A stretch of DNA of 64,000 nt from an uncultured Flavobacteriaceae bacterium (GTDB lineage: Bacteria > Bacteroidota > Bacteroidia > Flavobacteriales > Flavobacteriaceae), in NCBI GenBank assembly GCA_963973455.1, contig CAXAZF010000009.1, positions 36,984 to 100,983 on the forward strand, given 5' to 3'. Each line of letters begins with the position of its first letter. Within the stretch, counting starts at the first letter, position 1. The notes under the pieces were generated by a model. The model was given only the letters and a program-made list of their open reading frames with translations, did no database searches and was not told the origin of the DNA. The position numbers and the translations under genes were made by a program. Of this stretch, positions 1-8,146 are shown in pieces.

Positions 1-1
1 C

Positions 2-655
2 CATAAACTAAAAAGCAAAGAAGATCTGCTCAAAGCTTTTAGAATAGTGGTACAACAATGGAATAACGCTACGCACCCACATTTTGAAGCCTTAACACGT
101 GCCGAGGTGTACAACCAAGAAGCACCACGTAGTGAAGCGGTTAACTTCTTAGATATGGTTGATCTGTTTTGGATTGAAAACCCGAAGCAAGTTACCTACA
201 ACCGTGGCGGCTTAACAATGACCGTTGCAAAACAACAGCACGAATACGAAGTGTACGATGCCGATAACCGTATCGATACCAACTTCCGTGTAAAATACAC
301 CGGTGCAAAGTTCACGGTTAAGTATGATCCCGAAGATATGGGCATCATTCGCCTGTACCGCAAACGTACAGATGGAAAACTTGAATATGTGGCCAATGCT
401 GAAACAAAACGCGGTCATGAAAGCATCCCGGCATTAATGCGCGAAGGTGCAAAAACGGCTTGGCAAGATGATTATGGTGTTCGTGCCAAAGAAATTAAAG
501 ATGTAGAGACCCAACTGGAAGAGCTGCGCAATAAAACGGGTATCACTCCAGAAAGCGTGATACAAGAGCAAGACCTTCTTATAAAAATGGGCGGTCGCCT
601 TCCAAAAGAAGAGCGTAGCCAAGTAGAAGCCAACGATATTTTAAACCGAATGTAA
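2..655 (+). CDS. Mu-like DDE transposase, C-terminal part (5'-truncated by window edge)
   Basis: Frame is open from base 2 (HKLKSKEDLLKAFRIVVQQWNN...); 'VKYDPEDMGIIRLY' resembles the Mu transposase C-terminal domain; directly upstream of a MuB-like ATPase. Confidence 0.8.
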   Translation, partial: HKLKSKEDLLKAFRIVVQQWNNATHPHFEALTRAEVYNQEAPRSEAVNFLDMVDLFWIENPKQVTYNRGGLTMTVAKQQHEYEVYDADNRIDTNFRVKYTGAKFTVKYDPEDMGIIRLYRKRTDGKLEYVANAETKRGHESIPALMREGAKTAWQDDYGVRAKEIKDVETQLEELRNKTGITPESVIQEQDLLIKMGGRLPKEERSQVEANDILNRM

Positions 656-668
656 ACACCCTTATACC

Positions 669-1745
669 ATGAGTTTAATACAACACGAAAAGGACTTAAT
701 TACAATTGAAGTAGCACGAAAAGTTGCAAGGTCGAGCCAAAACAAAGTAGCTCGAAATGCAAAAGTAAGCGGTGCCACCATTAACAAGATTGTCAATAGA
801 AAATGGCATAACATATCCGAAGAGATGTGGCGCCGCGTTCGGGTGAACCTCCGTATCAATACCAAATGGAAAACCGCCGAAACCGTAAACTTCAAATTGG
901 TGAACAATGCGTGCCGTATTGCAAAGTCTGAAGGCATCACCTTAATGATTGCCGACAATGCCGGAAAAGGTAAAAGCGAAAGTTACAAGTACTTTGAACG
1001 CAACCATGACGAGGTCATTTACATCGAGTGCATGAACGTATGGACGCGCAAAGAATACATAAAAAACCTTTGCCAAGCTGCAGGTGTAGATCGCCACGGA
1101 ACGCTACACCAAATTGTAGACCGCTTTATAAAGCATATTAAGGGATTGCGAAAGCCATTATTGATCATCGATCAGTTTGACAAGCTCAAAGACTCCCAAT
1201 TAGACCTTTTTATGGATTTCTACAATGAAATGGACGGCAACTGCGGTTTTATTTTAAGTGGTGTTTTAGCACTCGAAAAACGCATTTTAAGAGGTGTTAA
1301 CCGCGCCAAGATAGGATATGAAGAGTTATACTCACGTGGTGGCCGAAAATTTATAAGGCTCGACCCTATTAGCGAAAACGATGTGAAATTGGTATGCAAT
1401 ACCAATGGCCTACACGATGAGCAACGCATCAATACCATTTACCACACCTGCGAGCAAGACTACCGCCGCGTAAAGCGCGAAGTAGAACGCTACCATTTAA
1501 GAACATTACAGCAAAAGGAAGTCATTTTTGAAGAAGTGAAAGCCGAAATGCCAAAAGGTGTTCGCGCTGAGATGCATTATATGCACGATGACGAAATAAG
1601 CAAAGCCCTCACAGCTTCAAACAATGATGTGCCTTCAGCAATAAGCAAGCTTAAAGAAGTGTACCGATACACCGCTTTAAAGGACAGTGAGATTAAACAT
1701 TTAATAAACGTATTTCAAAAGAAACAAGAACCCGTAACAGCATAA
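669..1745 (+). CDS. MuB-like AAA+ transposition ATPase with N-terminal HTH
   Basis: HTH-like QNKVARNAKVSGATINKIV; Walker A ADNAGKGKS; Walker B LLIIDQFD; follows transposase. Confidence 0.85.
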   Translation: MSLIQHEKDLITIEVARKVARSSQNKVARNAKVSGATINKIVNRKWHNISEEMWRRVRVNLRINTKWKTAETVNFKLVNNACRIAKSEGITLMIADNAGKGKSESYKYFERNHDEVIYIECMNVWTRKEYIKNLCQAAGVDRHGTLHQIVDRFIKHIKGLRKPLLIIDQFDKLKDSQLDLFMDFYNEMDGNCGFILSGVLALEKRILRGVNRAKIGYEELYSRGGRKFIRLDPISENDVKLVCNTNGLHDEQRINTIYHTCEQDYRRVKREVERYHLRTLQQKEVIFEEVKAEMPKGVRAEMHYMHDDEISKALTASNNDVPSAISKLKEVYRYTALKDSEIKHLINVFQKKQEPVTA

Positions 1746-1754
1746 AAAATCTGT

Positions 1755-2393
1755 ATGGCTAAAAGACGCGCTGTATCAGTAGATCAGCTAATAAAGAAAA
1801 AGTTCATTGACATACCCCTAACGGGAAGATTTAAAAAATTGCTTGGCAATCCAGAGCGTTCCGGTTCTTGGTTTGTGTACGGCGAAAGTGCAAACGGTAA
1901 AACCACCTTTTTAATGCAATTGGCCAGAGAGTTGGCAATGTTGCCAAAAACCAAAGTAGTGTACAACACACTGGAAGAAGGCGCACGCAAAAGTATGCAA
2001 GCTGCAGTAATCGATAACAATATGGATCAATGCCCAAAAGGCTCGTTTATGATCTTAGATCGTGAACCCATATCAGAATTACGCAACCGGTTATCCAAGC
2101 ATAAAAGCCCAAACGTGATCTTTATAGACTCGGTACAATATGCCGATCTCGATAAAGCGAGCTACAAGGCTTTAATTTCAGACTTCCCTAAAAAACTATT
2201 CATATTCAATAGTCATGCGCAAGGTAAACGTCCGGTGGGTGCTATTGGCCGCGATATTCTATTTGATGCAGATATCAAGATACGTGTGGAAGGCTTTAAA
2301 GCCTTTTCAAAGAGTAGAATGAGCAGGGGTAAGTTGACAGACGATTATATAATATGGCACCAAGGCGCAGCCGATTATTGGGGCGATTTATAA
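1755..2393 (+). CDS. P-loop ATPase (RecA/Sms-like fold) typical of Bacteroidetes Mu-like prophages
   Basis: Walker A GESANGKTT, Walker B VIFIDSVQY, 'FDADIKIRVEGFKA' tail. Confidence 0.75.
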   Translation: MAKRRAVSVDQLIKKKFIDIPLTGRFKKLLGNPERSGSWFVYGESANGKTTFLMQLARELAMLPKTKVVYNTLEEGARKSMQAAVIDNNMDQCPKGSFMILDREPISELRNRLSKHKSPNVIFIDSVQYADLDKASYKALISDFPKKLFIFNSHAQGKRPVGAIGRDILFDADIKIRVEGFKAFSKSRMSRGKLTDDYIIWHQGAADYWGDL

Positions 2394-2401
2394 ATAACAT
2401 T

Positions 2402-2770
2402 ATGGAAGACGCAATAAAATACCTTCGAATTTCAACAGACAGCTACGAAAAGCTTGTCTTTAAACATTGGTTTCATTGGTGCGAACAATACGCTGCCAAA
2501 AAACTGGATGTTCCCACCCAACAATTAGAAACCGATACCGATAACTTTCAGCAGCTATTGGCAAACACAGCATTGTTTAACTACTGGTTAAAAATGTACC
2601 GTGAATATGAAGTTGAATTTTGTATGTGTGCCTCTCAGCTTAAAGAATATCCGGGAGCTGAAGATATGAAAAAGCTCTACGAGAAGTACGTATGGAACGT
2701 AAAGCAATACTACAGCAAAAAGCTGATAGAAAACGCCACAAAATTAACCTTAAACCCACAATTAAATTGA
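2402..2770 (+). CDS. hypothetical phage early protein
   Basis: ATG at 2402 after A-rich spacer; stop overlaps next start (TGATG). Confidence 0.6.
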   Translation: MEDAIKYLRISTDSYEKLVFKHWFHWCEQYAAKKLDVPTQQLETDTDNFQQLLANTALFNYWLKMYREYEVEFCMCASQLKEYPGAEDMKKLYEKYVWNVKQYYSKKLIENATKLTLNPQLN

Positions 2771-3024
2771 TGGAAATATCAGCCCAAGAACGATTTGATC
2801 AATTAACCGATGTGCTTGAATATGCCAACCGCCAAAACCGTGAGAAGTTTACTGCCGGCGAAAAGATAATGATGCACCAAGAGCGCGCCGAATGCCTCAC
2901 GGTATTAAACCAATTACGTACTGGCGAAAAAGTGAAGCCAAGAGAACGAATAGTATCAACAAAAATAGAAGTCAAAATACGCCAAGTAGTACAATGGCTC
3001 AATATTAAACCCTTAAACAACTAA
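2770..3024 (+). CDS. hypothetical phage early protein
   Basis: ATG overlapping previous TGA, translational coupling. Confidence 0.6.
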   Translation: MEISAQERFDQLTDVLEYANRQNREKFTAGEKIMMHQERAECLTVLNQLRTGEKVKPRERIVSTKIEVKIRQVVQWLNIKPLNN

Positions 3025-3029
3025 TAACT

Positions 3030-3239
3030 ATGAATGCAGCACCTCCTATGAATGAAGATATCATCGCTTTAGAAATAGTAAAAGAATTACAACAAGCGAT
3101 TAAAAACCACAACCGTGTACGCATACAGAATCTGTATGACCAAGCGCAAGACTTAGATTGGGATAGCATACCAGATACCACCTTTCAAGAATATAACGCC
3201 CTGGTAGATCAAGCAAACGATATTTTATTAACTACATAA
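3030..3239 (+). CDS. hypothetical phage early protein
   Basis: 69-aa ORF tightly packed in operon. Confidence 0.6.
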   Translation: MNAAPPMNEDIIALEIVKELQQAIKNHNRVRIQNLYDQAQDLDWDSIPDTTFQEYNALVDQANDILLTT

Positions 3240-3250
3240 ACCCTATTGAA

Positions 3251-3493
3251 ATGGAAACACAAACATCAAAAATGCAAGAATTAAGAGCCAAACTAAATAA
3301 AATCTTCACTGAAGATTTTAATGATAAGACATCTTGGACTGATACTCAGTTGAAAAAATTGAAGATAAATACAAACGAAACTTTAAGCAGTGGACAGTTA
3401 TCAGAATTAGAGAAGATTGCTGATGAAAAAGAAATGGAATACTACATATCCCGTTCCGGTTCCGGACTTAAAATTGAGTTTGACCTAAAATAA
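3251..3493 (+). CDS. hypothetical phage early protein
   Basis: 80-aa ORF in operon. Confidence 0.6.
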   Translation: METQTSKMQELRAKLNKIFTEDFNDKTSWTDTQLKKLKINTNETLSSGQLSELEKIADEKEMEYYISRSGSGLKIEFDLK

Positions 3494-3501
3494 AAAATAC
3501 G

Positions 3502-4161
3502 ATGGAAACCGCAACAAAAGAAAAAATGGACATCAGCAAACTATCTGCTGAAGAGTTACAAGCCGAGCTAAAACGCCGCGAAGAGACCGAAAAAAAGCAA
3601 CGCCTTAAAGCCCGAAACGATTTTAATAAGGACAAAGAGGATTTTACGCTGCATGCAGCTTCAAAATTTAAGAGCCTACAAAAAGAGTTGGCCGAGCTAA
3701 AAGAATACACCATTCGTGAAGCGAATAAGCTGTACGAACGTATGTATTTAATCAATGACAAAGAGCCAAAAGAAACCAAGAGCTTCAGCTTAAAAAATGA
3801 AGCTGACAATATAAAAGTGACCGTAGATCGTCAAGAGAAATTCGAGTTTACCGAAGAGGCAACGGTACATATTGGTGCTATAAAAGACATCTTTAAAGAG
3901 AAGTTTGAAGACCGCAACAAAGGGATGTACAAGATTATGGACAACCTTTTGGTAAAAGGCTCAAAAAAGGAATACGACCCCAAACTATTGGCAAAAGCAC
4001 GCCAAGCCGTTCGCGAGTTGGGCGATGATAAACTAATGGCCGAGTTTGACAAACTCGAAGATTGCCAACGCGTAGTGGGTACTTCATTATACTGCCGTCT
4101 CTACGTTCGCGATGACAAACAAAAATGGCAGGATGTTTCACTTCAATTTTCAAGCTTATGA
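3502..4161 (+). CDS. DUF3164 family protein (Mu-like prophage early protein)
   Basis: Charged N-terminal coil, 'KSFSLKN..IKVTV', 'YDPKLL', C-terminal 'WQDVSLQFSSL' typical of this family. Confidence 0.7.
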   Translation: METATKEKMDISKLSAEELQAELKRREETEKKQRLKARNDFNKDKEDFTLHAASKFKSLQKELAELKEYTIREANKLYERMYLINDKEPKETKSFSLKNEADNIKVTVDRQEKFEFTEEATVHIGAIKDIFKEKFEDRNKGMYKIMDNLLVKGSKKEYDPKLLAKARQAVRELGDDKLMAEFDKLEDCQRVVGTSLYCRLYVRDDKQKWQDVSLQFSSL

Positions 4162-4385
4162 GCCATAGAGAAAACCAAATAGCTGCAGATCAAGCAGCAT
4201 CCGTAAAATATCACAGTGTAGCAACGCCCAGTGTAACCATCTCGCAACCGCAAGATGATCAATATTTGGTAAACGGCAAGCTGTTGTATTTAGACAGCAA
4301 CAATAAATGGATCACAACCGATGAGCTTACGTATAAAGAACGGCAAGCCTTCCGGAAAGAATTGCACAATGCAAAAGATGGGTAG
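4158..4385 (+). CDS. hypothetical phage protein (YLVNGK...NNKWIT motif)
   Basis: ATGA overlap with DUF3164 stop; 75 aa. Confidence 0.65.
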   Translation: MSHRENQIAADQAASVKYHSVATPSVTISQPQDDQYLVNGKLLYLDSNNKWITTDELTYKERQAFRKELHNAKDG

Positions 4386-4610
4386 CATCTCATTACCTGC
4401 GCCTGGCAAAAAAACAGTTTAGACTGTAGGGAGCAGTAACACGCTGTAATGTGGTTACTACCGTTCCGCCCACCTTAATTAATGGGATAATTTAACGGTA
4501 GTTTCAAAAAAGATGGAGTGATGCTTAAAGGAAACAACTCTTAATTACAGAAACGCCGTTGGCCACTACGATAGTGTGGCAGAAACTTCCGGGCAATCCC
4601 GGAAAGTCTC

Positions 4611-4717
4611 GACCGGGTGGCGAAATTGGTAAACGCGATATGCACTCCTGGCTATTGAAACTGGTAGAACAGGAAAACGTACGAGGTTTCTTGCAGGTTC
4701 GAGTCCTGCCCCGGTCA
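4611..4717 (+). ncRNA. tRNA-like element lacking a canonical anticodon arm
   Basis: Acceptor stem GACCGGG/CCCGGTC + discriminator A; D arm GCG-AAATTGGTAAA-CGC; T arm GCAGG-TTCGAGT-CCTGC; 55-nt central segment not forming a standard 5-bp/7-nt anticodon arm. Confidence 0.7.
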
Positions 4718-4761
4718 CTAAATATGCATAAATGGTATTTATACCTATTAAATAGCATAAA

Positions 4762-4796
4762 ATCTAATGGTTAACATCTAATGTCTAACGTCTAAT
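4762..4796 (+). repeat. five degenerate tandem heptamers (ATCTAAT GGTTAAC ATCTAAT GTCTAAC GTCTAAT)
   Basis: Read directly; ends 1 nt before ATG 4798. Confidence 0.6.
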
Positions 4797-4797
4797 T

Positions 4798-5220
4798 ATG
4801 AAAGCAACCAAGTACCAAAAAAAACTGATCCACATGAACGCGCCCAATCGCGATACAAAAGAAGAGTACGTGCAATGGGCAACTGGCGATGTGAGCAAAA
4901 TAAGCTGCAACGATCTCAACTTTGAGCAAGCAAACGCAATAATCGAAAAACTTGGCAAACGTCCGGTAAAAGCCTTTAAAGAAGACACGCCCATGTATTG
5001 GGCATATTTTGACCGCTTTAACGGCCAACACAAATACATACAAAGCCTGTTGCATCAAGTAGGTTGGACAATGCCAAACACCAAATACGGACGTGTACCC
5101 GATCTACCACGCTTTGGCAATTGGTTGCAAAGCGATAAAAGCCCTGTAAACAAACCATTAAAAAAAATGAACCCAACCGAGTGCAGTAAAATAGTCGCTG
5201 CACTGGAAGGAATGTTATAA
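4798..5220 (+). CDS. phage regulatory protein, possibly GemA/Mu gp16-like
   Basis: C-terminal 'LKKMNPTECSKIVAALEGM' resembles GemA/DUF1018 tail; early operon position. Confidence 0.45.
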   Translation: MKATKYQKKLIHMNAPNRDTKEEYVQWATGDVSKISCNDLNFEQANAIIEKLGKRPVKAFKEDTPMYWAYFDRFNGQHKYIQSLLHQVGWTMPNTKYGRVPDLPRFGNWLQSDKSPVNKPLKKMNPTECSKIVAALEGML

Positions 5221-5232
5221 AACCGTCATAAT

Positions 5233-5424
5233 ATGGATATAAAAACATTTAATAAGGCAAAAGATATACTTGAAAAAATTAATCAACTTGAAATTGATCA
5301 GCAAAAAATACAAAGCATCCAAAAACGCAGACATGATGTTGATTTAAATTTTTTACGTGTTACAGCATATAATGCTTTAGAATTTCAAATAGGTGTTTAT
5401 AAATCAGATTTTAAAAATTTATGA
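5233..5424 (+). CDS. hypothetical phage protein (AT-rich)
   Basis: 63-aa ORF; stop overlaps next ATG. Confidence 0.5.
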   Translation: MDIKTFNKAKDILEKINQLEIDQQKIQSIQKRRHDVDLNFLRVTAYNALEFQIGVYKSDFKNL

Positions 5425-5561
5425 AACCCTGCCCACATTGTATGGAATATGTAGCTCCCCGCTTACGGGTAATTGAAGGGGCGGTTAATTGTGAGGTTAC
5501 CGCCCTCTTTTGCCCAACATGTGAAACCCGATTAAGTGAACCAAAAACTGAATGCAGATGA
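5421..5561 (+). CDS. small zinc-ribbon protein, 46 aa (not in ORF track)
   Basis: MKPCPHC...FCPTCETRLSEPKTECR; ATGA overlaps at both ends. Confidence 0.7.
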   Translation: MKPCPHCMEYVAPRLRVIEGAVNCEVTALFCPTCETRLSEPKTECR

Positions 5562-5764
5562 AATCAATTGAAATCACAACACACGTAGACACTGGCAATC
5601 CATTAAAGCCAATTTCAAAAACACAAACCGTCAAATTTACCAAAGATAAATACGGTGTTTCTATGGAATTAAAATCTGAAGACTATTTCGATACAGGTGA
5701 TTCTAAAATTTGCTTAGATAAAAAGGATCTGATTAACGCTTTAATTTTTTTGACTGAACAATGA
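5558..5764 (+). CDS. hypothetical phage protein
   Basis: ATG 5558 coupled to previous stop; stop coupled to next start. Confidence 0.55.
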   Translation: MKSIEITTHVDTGNPLKPISKTQTVKFTKDKYGVSMELKSEDYFDTGDSKICLDKKDLINALIFLTEQ

Positions 5765-6102
5765 CCTTTAAAGAAAAATACCAAGAAAACGAAGGCCACA
5801 TTGAGCGGTACACAGACTTTTTGTTAAAAGACACCTATCGGCATAAACAAAGCAACTTGGTGCCGCACAATTTGCCCCGTAAAAGCGAACACAAACTCAT
5901 AGATGAAATTGCACGCCTGCGCAACGAAAATGTAAACATCCGCCTACGTGCTGTGTTGAACCCTAAAATATTAAACGATGAATACTATCAACCAACAATC
6001 AACTGTCCATCTCAACTTAATAGCACCGCTTACTTTAAGCCTTACAGTGCCAAAGATAAAGGCCTTGAGCTCATTGAGCGACAAGGAAATCTATTGTTTT
6101 GA
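5761..6102 (+). CDS. hypothetical phage protein
   Basis: 113-aa ORF; 3' 125 nt overlap next gene, so true extent uncertain. Confidence 0.45.
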   Translation: MTFKEKYQENEGHIERYTDFLLKDTYRHKQSNLVPHNLPRKSEHKLIDEIARLRNENVNIRLRAVLNPKILNDEYYQPTINCPSQLNSTAYFKPYSAKDKGLELIERQGNLLF

Positions 6103-6343
6103 ATGCGGCGTGTGCCACCGAGCAATGTACAGCATTCTCCTGCAGGTATTTGAAAAAATACGAAAAAAGGAAATTGAAAAAACACTCAACCCCGGCAAGA
6201 AAAAGGAATTTGCCCATACCCTAAAGCCCTACGAAGCTATGTATCTGGAAAACCACATTCGTAACCATATGGATGAATACCAAACCAAAGAACGCACCCA
6301 TCTGCTCGAAGTGGCCAATTACATAAACCAAAAATTAGCGTAA
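5978..6343 (+). CDS. hypothetical phage protein
   Basis: ATG preceded by AACCCTAAAATATTAAACG, an A-rich leader similar to other starts in this operon; stop coupled to next ATG. Confidence 0.55.
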   Translation: MNTINQQSTVHLNLIAPLTLSLTVPKIKALSSLSDKEIYCFECGVCHRAMYSILLQVFEKIRKKEIEKTLNPGKKKEFAHTLKPYEAMYLENHIRNHMDEYQTKERTHLLEVANYINQKLA

Positions 6344-6489
6344 TGAAAATCACTTTTGAAGAAACCGTACAACGTGTAAAAGCAATAAACGAAACACTTA
6401 TCCAAGATTGTGGCTTAACCTATGAGCAACTGGATGAGTTTTGGGCCGAAGTCTTTAAAAAAGTAGAAAAACAACAAAACAAGAAGTAA
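6343..6489 (+). CDS. small hypothetical protein, 48 aa (not in ORF track)
   Basis: MKITFEETVQRVKAINETLIQDCGLTYEQLDEFWAEVFKKVEKQQNKK; TAATG coupling at both ends. Confidence 0.7.
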   Translation: MKITFEETVQRVKAINETLIQDCGLTYEQLDEFWAEVFKKVEKQQNKK

Positions 6490-6938
6490 TGGAAACCACG
6501 TACACTGTAAAAAGCATTCAAGACGGCTTTATATGGACGTTTAAATACGATTTAAACGGCAATTTAACAGCCTTTATAATTGATGAAGGCATATTGAGTG
6601 GTAAGCAAATGAAATGGCTTTTCAGCTCTGGTAAATTCCCGGCACTTGAAACCATTATGAAAAACGTCTGGATGGTAAACCTCAAGAAAAACTTTGAAAT
6701 CACCATTGGCGAACCCGATCTAAGCTTTGAAGCTTTCTGGAAGCTCTACAACCACAAAGTAAAAAAAGTGGCCAGTGAAAAAGCGTGGAAACGCCTCAGT
6801 AAAAAAGATAAAATGGAAGCCATCAAAGGCATAAAATCATACAATGGCATGTTGAGCCGAAAACATCAACACAAAGCCCACGCATCAACCTATATTAATC
6901 AACGGTATTGGGAAGATGATCATAACTCAGTGCATTAA
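6489..6938 (+). CDS. phage protein with replisome-organiser-like C-terminal helical domain
   Basis: 'FEAFWKLY..K..K...EKAWKRL....HASTYINQRYWED' motif. Confidence 0.55.
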   Translation: METTYTVKSIQDGFIWTFKYDLNGNLTAFIIDEGILSGKQMKWLFSSGKFPALETIMKNVWMVNLKKNFEITIGEPDLSFEAFWKLYNHKVKKVASEKAWKRLSKKDKMEAIKGIKSYNGMLSRKHQHKAHASTYINQRYWEDDHNSVH

Positions 6939-6955
6939 CCCTAAAACCCAAACCA

Positions 6956-7063
6956 ATGAGAATATTTATAATAATAATGATGATCATCGCCCTCTACATT
7001 GTCCTTATGGGCGATTGGGACGACTACGATGCCAACGATGACGACTTTATGAATTTAACGTAA
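6956..7063 (+). CDS. 35-aa membrane peptide with acidic tail (not in ORF track)
   Basis: MRIFIIIMMIIALYIVLMGDWDDYDANDDDFMNLT; A-rich leader AACCCTAAAACCCAAACCA. Confidence 0.55.
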   Translation: MRIFIIIMMIIALYIVLMGDWDDYDANDDDFMNLT

Positions 7064-7091
7064 AATATAACCCTTAAAACCCGATACAAAA

Positions 7092-7529
7092 ATGAAACCC
7101 GTATTAGTAGAAAAAAAGAAAAACACCCGATACTCAACCTTTGCAAAAGTGAGTGTATCAAAAACAAACGTCATGTATATCAATCAAAAAGCAGTAGAAC
7201 TGTTAGGCGATATTGAAAAGAACAATCTCTTTGTTTTTAAAGACGAAGGTGATAAGCCAAAATGGTACTTGCAACTGTCTCCAAAAGGTTACATCTCGAT
7301 TAACAAAAAGAATAACAAGTACGGTTCTTGTCAAGTATCCCTCGGTGATATTGGCCAACAAATAAAAGACAGCTACGGTCACGAAGGCAAAAAAGCACTT
7401 GCCTTTAAAGTACTGGAAGCTGTTGAATATGAAGGTGAAAAATACTTCCCGTTGGATTTGATCAACGACACCCTTGAATTTCAAATGCCAAAAGAAAAAC
7501 CGTACGAATTTGGAAAGAAAACCGGTTGA
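7092..7529 (+). CDS. hypothetical phage protein
   Basis: 145-aa ORF with A-rich leader. Confidence 0.65.
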   Translation: MKPVLVEKKKNTRYSTFAKVSVSKTNVMYINQKAVELLGDIEKNNLFVFKDEGDKPKWYLQLSPKGYISINKKNNKYGSCQVSLGDIGQQIKDSYGHEGKKALAFKVLEAVEYEGEKYFPLDLINDTLEFQMPKEKPYEFGKKTG

Positions 7530-7715
7530 TCACTCAACCACATCAAAGGAACGGTTAAGGTATGTGGCCTCCAGTGGGTCGGCACCAAGCTCACGCTCGA
7601 GCTTGTCAAAACACTCCTCAAGCGAATCTGCCACCACCGCCGCATACCGATGACCGCCTCCTTCTGTGTACCGAAACCAATAAGCCGTTTTTACCATAAC
7701 ACAAAATTACGCACT

Positions 7716-7970
7716 ATGCCACAATTACAAAAAGTTTACACCCTCGATATCACACCAGAGCAATTTTTAAACGCCTGCAGTCCGGAAGAGCTGCAAGAGG
7801 TCGATTTGCTTTTGAGTAAACCTTCCTATCAGCACCACATGAATAGTAGCAATCAACTTAAAAAAAATGATTTTCATTGTATGGAAAGTGGTTTTGGTGG
7901 TTCTAAATGCGCAATACAATGTTCCGGTTGTAAGGATAGTGAAAAAGAAAGAAATCAACTTAAAAGTTAA
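7716..7970 (+). CDS. hypothetical phage protein with C-terminal Cys cluster
   Basis: Likely start ATG 7716 (MPQLQKVYTLDITPEQFLNACS..EL.E..LLL); tail C..ESGFGGSKCAIQCSGC. Confidence 0.6.
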   Translation: MPQLQKVYTLDITPEQFLNACSPEELQEVDLLLSKPSYQHHMNSSNQLKKNDFHCMESGFGGSKCAIQCSGCKDSEKERNQLKS

Positions 7971-7972
7971 GT

Positions 7973-8146
7973 ATGGACACATTAGAAAATCGAATAAAAG
8001 AAGTATCCCGAATTATAGAGGATCTGAAATATGCTAAAGAGCGTGCACGATCCCCAAAAAGCAAGCGCAACCTTAAAAACACGCTTCAACTTTTTAGTGC
8101 GATACTGGACGACTTAAAGGAATTGCAAAAACTAAAAACTCAATAA
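7973..8146 (+). CDS. small basic/coiled-coil protein, 57 aa (not in ORF track)
   Basis: MDTLENRIKEVSRIIEDLKYAKERARSPKSKRNLKNTLQLFSAILDDLKELQKLKTQ; TAA abuts next ATG. Confidence 0.6.
   Translation: MDTLENRIKEVSRIIEDLKYAKERARSPKSKRNLKNTLQLFSAILDDLKELQKLKTQ

Noticed and set aside
4611-4717. tRNA-like element as an integration (attL/attR) remnant or a normal Leu/Ser tRNA
   Set aside because: It lies mid-operon in a phage that transposes, both halves are present, and no canonical anticodon loop can be drawn
7527-7715. Frame stays open after the TGA of ORF 7092-7529 and runs in frame into ORF 7716-7970, suggesting stop read-through
   Set aside because: The intervening sequence is better explained as a GC-rich RNA hairpin (few stop codons by composition), and ATG 7716 has its own A-rich leader
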